Origin: Alkalilimnicola ehrlichii MLHE-1
GTDB lineage: Bacteria; Pseudomonadota; Gammaproteobacteria; Nitrococcales; Halorhodospiraceae
Direction: 5' to 3'
DNA: 32,000 nucleotides
Assembly (NCBI RefSeq): GCF_000014785.1
Contig: NC_008340.1
Span: 1,890,001-1,922,000, forward strand
Numbering within the stretch: the stretch's first letter is position 1; the number at the start of each line of letters is the position of its first letter. Shown one piece after another: positions 25,496 through 32,000 of the stretch. The position numbers and the translations under genes were made by a program. The notes under the pieces are model-generated. The model searched no databases. It saw only the letters and a list, made by a program, of their open reading frames with translations, and was not told where the DNA came from.

Positions 25496-28426
25496 TTGTC
25501 CATGAGCACCACCGCGGCATCGCAGGCGGCCGGTCCCCGGCTGCCCGAGTTCGAGCCCCATGACCGCCAGGAGGTCAAGACCACCACCTGCTACATGTGC
25601 GCCTGCCGCTGCGGCATCAAGGTGACGCTGGAGGAGGGCCAGGTCCGCTTCATCCAGGGCAACCCCGACCACCCGGTCAACCGGGGTGCCCTTTGCGCCA
25701 AGGGCAATGCCGGCATCATGAAGCAGTACTCCCCGGCCAAGCTCAGCAAGCCGCTGATGCGCAAGCCGGGCAGCGAACGCGGCAAGGGCGATTTCGAAGA
25801 GGTCTCCTGGGACAAGGCGCTGGACGTGCTCGCACAGCGGCTCGCCGAGATCCGGCGCACGGACCCGAAGAAGCTCGCCTACTTCACCGGCCGCGACCAG
25901 ATGCAGGCATTGACCGGCCTCTGGGCAGCCCAATTCGGCACGGTCAACTGGGCCGCCCACGGCGGGTTCTGCTCGGTCAACATGGCCGCCGCCGGGCTCT
26001 ACACCATGGGCCATGCCTTCTGGGAGTTCGGCGATCCGGACTGGGAGCGCACCAAGTACCTGATGCTTTGGGGGGTGGCCGAGGACCACGGCTCCAATCC
26101 CTTCAAGATCGGCATCGGCAAGCTCAAGGGCCGCGGCGGCCGCTTCGTCGCCATCAATCCGGTCCGCACCGGCTACCAGGCGGTCGCGGATGAATGGGTG
26201 CCCATCCGCCCCGGCACCGATGGCATGCTCGCCATGGCGATGATCCACGTGCTGTTGCGCGAGGAGCAGTTCGACTGGGAATACCTGATCCGCTACACCA
26301 ACGCCCACCACCTGGTGGTGCAGACCCCCGGCGAGCCGGGCCACGGGCTGCTGCTGCGCGACGAGAACGACAAGCCACTGAGCTGGGACCTGGAGCGCGA
26401 GGCGTTCGTCGACGCCACCCAACCCGACATCGCCCCCGCCCTGTTCGGCGACTACCAGGCGCCCGATGGCCGCCCGGTGAAGACCGTGATGAGCCTGATG
26501 GCGGAACGCTACCTGAGCGAGGACTACAGCCCGGAGCGCGCCGCCGAGGTCTGCGGGGTGAGCGCCGACACCATCGAGCGCCTGGCGCTGGAACTGGCCC
26601 ACGTGGCCTTCAAAGAGAGCATCGAGATCGAATGCGAATGGACCGACTGGGCGGGTCGTAAGCACGACCGCATCATCGGGCGCCCGGTCTCCATGCACGC
26701 GATGCGCGGGATCTCCGCGCACTCCAACGGTTTTCAGGCCTGCCGGGCCATCCACCTGCTGCAGATCCTGCTCGGCTCGGTGGATGTACCCGGGGGGCAT
26801 CGGGCCAAACCGCCCTACCCCAAGCCGGTGCCACCGCCCATCAAACCCGCGCGACCGACGGCGCCGGGGGAACCGCTGGCCGGCCCGCCGCTGGGCTTCC
26901 CCAAGGCCCCGGAGGATCTACTGATCGACGACCAGGGCAACCCGCTGCGCCTGGACAAGGCCTACTCCTGGGAGGCGCCCCTGGCCAACCACGGCATGAT
27001 GCACATGGTGATCACCAATGCCGTGAAGGGCGACCCCTACCCCATCGACACGCTGATGCTGTTCATGGCCAACATGGCCTGGAACTCCACCATGAACACC
27101 TCCGGCGTGCTGAAGATGCTGCGCGAGAAGAACGGCAACGGGGAGTACAAGATCCCCTTCCTGGTGGTGGTGGACGCCTTCCACTCGGAGACCGTGCAGT
27201 ACGCCGACCTGGTCCTGCCTGACACCACCTATCTGGAGCGCCACGACGTAATCTCCATGCTCGACCGGCCCATCTCCGAGCCGGACGGGCCCGCGGACGC
27301 GATCCGCCAGCCGGTGGTGGAGCCGGACCGCGACGTGCGCCCCTGGCAGGAGGTGATGATCGACCTGGCCGGCCGGCTCGGGCTGCCGGCGTTCACCAAC
27401 GAGGACGGCAGCCCCAAGTACAGCGGCTATCTCGACTTCATCACCCGCTTCGAGAAGGCACCCGGCGTGGGCTTTCTCGCCGGCTGGCGCGGCAAGGAGG
27501 GGGACCAGGACCTGCGCGGTGAACCCAATCCGGACCAGTGGACGCGCTACAAGGAGAATGGCTGCTTCTACAAGTACGAGCTGCCGCTCTCCCACCAGTT
27601 CTACAAGTTCGCCAACAAGGGCTACCTGGAGTGGGCCCGCGATGCCGGCCTCAACGGCAGCGCCGATCCCATCGTCTTCGAACTCTACTCCGAGACCCTG
27701 CAGCGGTTCCGGCTCGCGGGCCAGGGGCTCTACGACGGCCCTTGTCCCACTGACCCGGAGGACCGTCAGCGCCTGAGCAGCTACTTCGATCCGCTGCCCT
27801 TCCACTACACCCCGCTGGAGGAGACCCGTTGCGACGGCGAGGCCTACCCCTTCCACGCGGTCAACCAGCGCCCCATGTTCATGTACCACTCCTGGGACAG
27901 CCAGAACGCCTGGCTTCGTCAACTGCAGGCCTATAACCGGCTGCACATCAACCGGGCCCAGGGTGAGCGCATGGGCCTGGCCGATGACGACTGGGTCTGG
28001 GTGGAGTCGCACCTGGGCCGCATCCGGGTCCAGATCCGGCTCATGGAAGGCGTGCAGGAGAACACCGTCTGGACCTGGAATGCCATTGCCAAGCAATCCG
28101 GCGCCTGGGGACTGGATCCCGAGGCCCCGGAGGCGCGCCAGGGGTTTCTCATGAACCACCTGATCTCCGAGCTGCTGCCCAAGCGCAACGGCGGACGGGA
28201 CATCACTAACTCCGATCCCATCACCGGCCAGGCCGCCTGGTACGACCTGCGGGTCCGCATCCGCAAGGCCGAGCCGGGCGAGACCGGCAGCTGGCCGCAG
28301 TTCGAGACCTTGCAACTCATCCCCGGCGTGCAACGCGCGCCCGCCGATGAGCTGCGCTACGCCGTACACGAACCGGTGCGCCTGCACCGTTCCATGCACG
28401 ACATACTCAACCGGAGAGGGGCATGA
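25496..28426 (+). CDS. soeA: Cytoplasmic-type sulfite dehydrogenase molybdopterin subunit
   Basis: 976 aa: CYMCACRCGIKVTLEEGQVRFIQGNPDHPVNRGALCAKG, molybdopterin oxidoreductase body, no Tat signal, followed by a FeS subunit and a DmsC-like membrane subunit. Confidence 0.9.
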   Translation: MSMSTTAASQAAGPRLPEFEPHDRQEVKTTTCYMCACRCGIKVTLEEGQVRFIQGNPDHPVNRGALCAKGNAGIMKQYSPAKLSKPLMRKPGSERGKGDFEEVSWDKALDVLAQRLAEIRRTDPKKLAYFTGRDQMQALTGLWAAQFGTVNWAAHGGFCSVNMAAAGLYTMGHAFWEFGDPDWERTKYLMLWGVAEDHGSNPFKIGIGKLKGRGGRFVAINPVRTGYQAVADEWVPIRPGTDGMLAMAMIHVLLREEQFDWEYLIRYTNAHHLVVQTPGEPGHGLLLRDENDKPLSWDLEREAFVDATQPDIAPALFGDYQAPDGRPVKTVMSLMAERYLSEDYSPERAAEVCGVSADTIERLALELAHVAFKESIEIECEWTDWAGRKHDRIIGRPVSMHAMRGISAHSNGFQACRAIHLLQILLGSVDVPGGHRAKPPYPKPVPPPIKPARPTAPGEPLAGPPLGFPKAPEDLLIDDQGNPLRLDKAYSWEAPLANHGMMHMVITNAVKGDPYPIDTLMLFMANMAWNSTMNTSGVLKMLREKNGNGEYKIPFLVVVDAFHSETVQYADLVLPDTTYLERHDVISMLDRPISEPDGPADAIRQPVVEPDRDVRPWQEVMIDLAGRLGLPAFTNEDGSPKYSGYLDFITRFEKAPGVGFLAGWRGKEGDQDLRGEPNPDQWTRYKENGCFYKYELPLSHQFYKFANKGYLEWARDAGLNGSADPIVFELYSETLQRFRLAGQGLYDGPCPTDPEDRQRLSSYFDPLPFHYTPLEETRCDGEAYPFHAVNQRPMFMYHSWDSQNAWLRQLQAYNRLHINRAQGERMGLADDDWVWVESHLGRIRVQIRLMEGVQENTVWTWNAIAKQSGAWGLDPEAPEARQGFLMNHLISELLPKRNGGRDITNSDPITGQAAWYDLRVRIRKAEPGETGSWPQFETLQLIPGVQRAPADELRYAVHEPVRLHRSMHDILNRRGA

Positions 28427-29115
28427 AGCTGGGACTGGTCATCGACACGGACACCTGCGTGGGCTGTCACGCCTGCGCGGTGGCCTGCAAGCAGTGGAAC
28501 ACCTCGGGCACGCTCGGGCCGCTGACCGACTATCAGCCATGGGGCGAGGCGCCCTCCGGGGTCTGGTTCAACCGGGTGCGTACCTACGAGGAGGGCGACT
28601 ACCCCCATTGCAAGACGGTGAACCTACCCATGTCCTGCATGCACTGCGAGGACCCGGTCTGCGTCACCGTCTGCCCCACCGGGGCCTCCTACAAGCGGGA
28701 GGAGGACGGCATTGTCCTAATCGATCAGGACAAATGCATGGGCTGCAACTACTGCGCCTGGGCCTGCCCTTACGGCGCCCGGGAGCTGGATCGCGCCACC
28801 GGGACGATGAAGAAGTGCACCCTGTGCGTGGACCGGATCTACGACGAGTCCCTGCCGGAGGCGGAACGCCAGCCCGCCTGCGTATTGGCCTGCCCGGCCC
28901 GGGCGCGCCACTTTGGCGATCTGAACGATCCCGACTCCGATGTCAGCCGCCTGGTCCGCGAGCGCCGCGGCCAGGGCCTGATGAATGAGTTGGGCTACCG
29001 GCCGGTGAACCGCTATCTGCCGCCCCGGAACCCGCAAGCCACCCCCACCGTCGAGCCCAAGCCCGGTCTGGGCGACCGGCTGCGGAACTGGGTCAACCGC
29101 GTCGTCCACCGCTGA
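28423..29115 (+). CDS. soeB: Sulfite dehydrogenase iron-sulfur subunit
   Basis: Four 4Fe-4S motifs: CVGCHACAVACKQWN, CMHCEDPVCVTVCPTGASY, CMGCNYCAWACPYG, and CTLC...CVLACPARARHFGDLNDPDSDVS. ATGA overlap with soeA. Confidence 0.92.
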   Translation: MKLGLVIDTDTCVGCHACAVACKQWNTSGTLGPLTDYQPWGEAPSGVWFNRVRTYEEGDYPHCKTVNLPMSCMHCEDPVCVTVCPTGASYKREEDGIVLIDQDKCMGCNYCAWACPYGARELDRATGTMKKCTLCVDRIYDESLPEAERQPACVLACPARARHFGDLNDPDSDVSRLVRERRGQGLMNELGYRPVNRYLPPRNPQATPTVEPKPGLGDRLRNWVNRVVHR

Positions 29116-29129
29116 CAGGAGGAGCCTCA

Positions 29130-30077
29130 ATGCATCCACCACTTTCCGTCGTGGGCTTCACCGTCCTCTCCGGCGCAGGCTACGGTTTCATCGCGCTGTT
29201 CGTCATCGCCGCCATGCTTCAGCTCGGCGGACCGGTGGCTGGCGGGGAACTGACTGCTGCCGCGATTATCGGTTTCCTGCTCATCACCGTCGGCCTGCTG
29301 CTCTCCACCGGGCACTTGGCCAACCCGCGCAACGCCTGGCGCGCCTTCAGTCGCTTCCGCAGCTCCTGGCTGTCCCGCGAAGCGGTGCTGGCCGTGCTTT
29401 TCTACCCCGTCGCCGCGCTCTACCTGCTCGGACTGCTTCTGGGCGACGGGGTGAGCCACGGGCCGGTCACCGGCCTGCTGGGCGTGCTCACCGTCATCCT
29501 GGCCCTGGGCACGGTGCTGGCCACCGGCATGATTTATGCTTGTCTGCCCACCATCCGGGCCTGGCACTCCAGCCTGACCCCGATCAACTACCTGTTGATG
29601 GGGCTGGCCCTGGGCGGGTTACTGCTGGTGCTGGTCCGCGGAACCGGCGGGGCCGACCTCACCCCTGTCACCGCCCTGGCCCTGCTCCTTTTGGTCCTGG
29701 CCGGACTGGGCAAATTGCTGCATTACGACTGGCAACGCCGCCAGGCCCACCGCGGCCCGGACGCCGGCAGCGCCACCGGCCTGACCGGAGGCCGCGTCCG
29801 CCTGTTGGATCCGGGGCATACCAGCGGCACCTTCCTCACGGAGGAGTTCATCCACGGCGCCGATGAGGACGGCATCCGGGTCCTGCGCCGCCTGGTACTG
29901 ATGGCGGGGTTCGTGATACCGGCCTTGATGCTGCTGGCCATGGCCACCTCCCCCGCCCTTTGGCCGGTGGCGCTGGCGCTGCCCATCGCCTTTGCCGGGG
30001 TCCTGCTGGAGCGCTGGCTGTTCTTCGTCGAGGCCCGGCACGTGGTCCGTCACTACAACGTCCGTACCGCCGTCTGA
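29130..30077 (+). CDS. soeC: Sulfite dehydrogenase membrane anchor, DmsC-like
   Basis: 315-aa polytopic protein with STGHLANPRNAWRAFSRFRSSWLSREA, typical of the DmsC family. Confidence 0.9.
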   Translation: MHPPLSVVGFTVLSGAGYGFIALFVIAAMLQLGGPVAGGELTAAAIIGFLLITVGLLLSTGHLANPRNAWRAFSRFRSSWLSREAVLAVLFYPVAALYLLGLLLGDGVSHGPVTGLLGVLTVILALGTVLATGMIYACLPTIRAWHSSLTPINYLLMGLALGGLLLVLVRGTGGADLTPVTALALLLLVLAGLGKLLHYDWQRRQAHRGPDAGSATGLTGGRVRLLDPGHTSGTFLTEEFIHGADEDGIRVLRRLVLMAGFVIPALMLLAMATSPALWPVALALPIAFAGVLLERWLFFVEARHVVRHYNVRTAV

Positions 30078-30167
30078 CTTAAGGGGCACTACGCCCCCGT
30101 CGCGGTCACCCCAAACGGGCCGCGGCGGGTCGCACGGCCGGTTCGATCGATTGCGGAGGTAAACACC

Positions 30168-30758
30168 GTGGGCAAGATCAAACGTGGCATCCGCTATATA
30201 CTGCGGCCGCCCACCAAGCTGGCCACCTGTGCGGTCATCTCGGCCGTGGCCATTGTCGTCCTCGGCTTTTTCGCGTCGGTGAACGCCTTTGTCGCCTTCA
30301 CCAACACCTCGGAGTTCTGCGCCTCCTGCCACAGCATCGCCCCCGCGGTGGAGGAGTGGCGGGAGAGCAGCCACTACGCCAACGCCCACGGGGTGCGCGC
30401 GGAGTGCGCCGACTGTCATGTCCCGGACACCCTGGGCGCGACCCTGGCGGCCAAGGTTCGGGCGATCAATGACATCTACCACCACTTCGCCGGCACCATT
30501 GACACCCCTGAAAAGTTCGAGGAACGCCGGCCGGTGCTGGCGCAACGGGTCTGGGACGCCATGGAGGCGGACGATTCACTGGCCTGCCGTAGTTGCCACA
30601 GCTGGGACAGCATGGACCTGGCCCAACAGTCCGGTCGCGGCGGCCGCAACCACCGCGAGGCCATGGAAGAGGGCAAGACCTGCATCAGCTGCCACCAGGG
30701 CGTGGTGCACAAGCTCCCGGGCGAGGACGAGGACCCGGGCTTCGACCTCGGTCTTTGA
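30168..30758 (+). CDS. NapC/NirT family tetraheme c-type cytochrome (putative quinol dehydrogenase)
   Basis: Single N-terminal TM segment and four heme motifs (CASCH, CADCH, CRSCH, CISCH). GTG start preceded by GGAGG. Confidence 0.9.
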   Translation: MGKIKRGIRYILRPPTKLATCAVISAVAIVVLGFFASVNAFVAFTNTSEFCASCHSIAPAVEEWRESSHYANAHGVRAECADCHVPDTLGATLAAKVRAINDIYHHFAGTIDTPEKFEERRPVLAQRVWDAMEADDSLACRSCHSWDSMDLAQQSGRGGRNHREAMEEGKTCISCHQGVVHKLPGEDEDPGFDLGL

Positions 30759-30804
30759 CCTCCCCGATCCACCGGGCCCGGGTCGCCGGAACGCGGCCCG
30801 ACCC

Positions 30805-30820
30805 CCTCCCAAAAGGGATA
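30805..30820. promoter_or_regulatory. Degenerate 7-2-7 inverted repeat CCTCCCA-AA-AGGGATA upstream of cysG
   Basis: Right half-site matches the TATCCC-type half of the 3828 and 22755 sites; located about 100 bp before the cysG ATG. Confidence 0.35.
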
Positions 30821-30821
30821 G

Positions 30822-32000
<1,179 letters not shown>

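Noticed and set aside
25367-28399. Long - strand ORFs (477 and 493 aa) opposite soeA
   Set aside because: Antisense shadow ORFs; soeA is unambiguous.

Overview
This GC-rich window looks like a purple-sulfur-bacterial sulfur-oxidation island, with Halorhodospira / Ectothiorhodospiraceae-like protein character (inferred from sequence feel, not from a search). On the + strand it carries a near-complete reverse dissimilatory sulfite reductase cluster, dsrA-B-E-F-H-C-M-K-L-J-O-P. This is followed by a TrpD2/YbiB-like glycosyl/phosphoribosyl transferase gene, dsrN, a YeeE/YedE-type transporter and a SulP permease. A convergent (- strand) NarX/NarL-like two-component pair comes next. A second + strand sulfur block follows: a 65-aa ORF, tusA, fccA, fccB, soeA, soeB, soeC, a NapC/NirT-type tetraheme cytochrome, and a cysG-like siroheme synthase truncated by the window end. 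A partial tandem rhodanese sits at the left edge. The most unusual part is a tightly overlapping five-gene - strand operon (about 586..3765) transcribed divergently from dsrA. It encodes a TauD/TfdA-like Fe/2OG dioxygenase, an 80-aa protein, an orphan Cas6 (Cmx6-like) RAMP protein with no CRISPR array or other cas genes in view, an uncharacterised 202-aa protein, and a DUF3050-like (heme-oxygenase-fold) protein. The divergent dsrA promoter region and the region upstream of the tusA/fcc block share an identical inverted repeat, TATCCCC-TT-TGGGATA. This has the 7-2-7 geometry used by NarL/NarP regulators, and a degenerate copy lies upstream of cysG. I propose the local NarXL-like pair as the candidate regulator of a sulfur regulon that includes the orphan-Cas6 operon.
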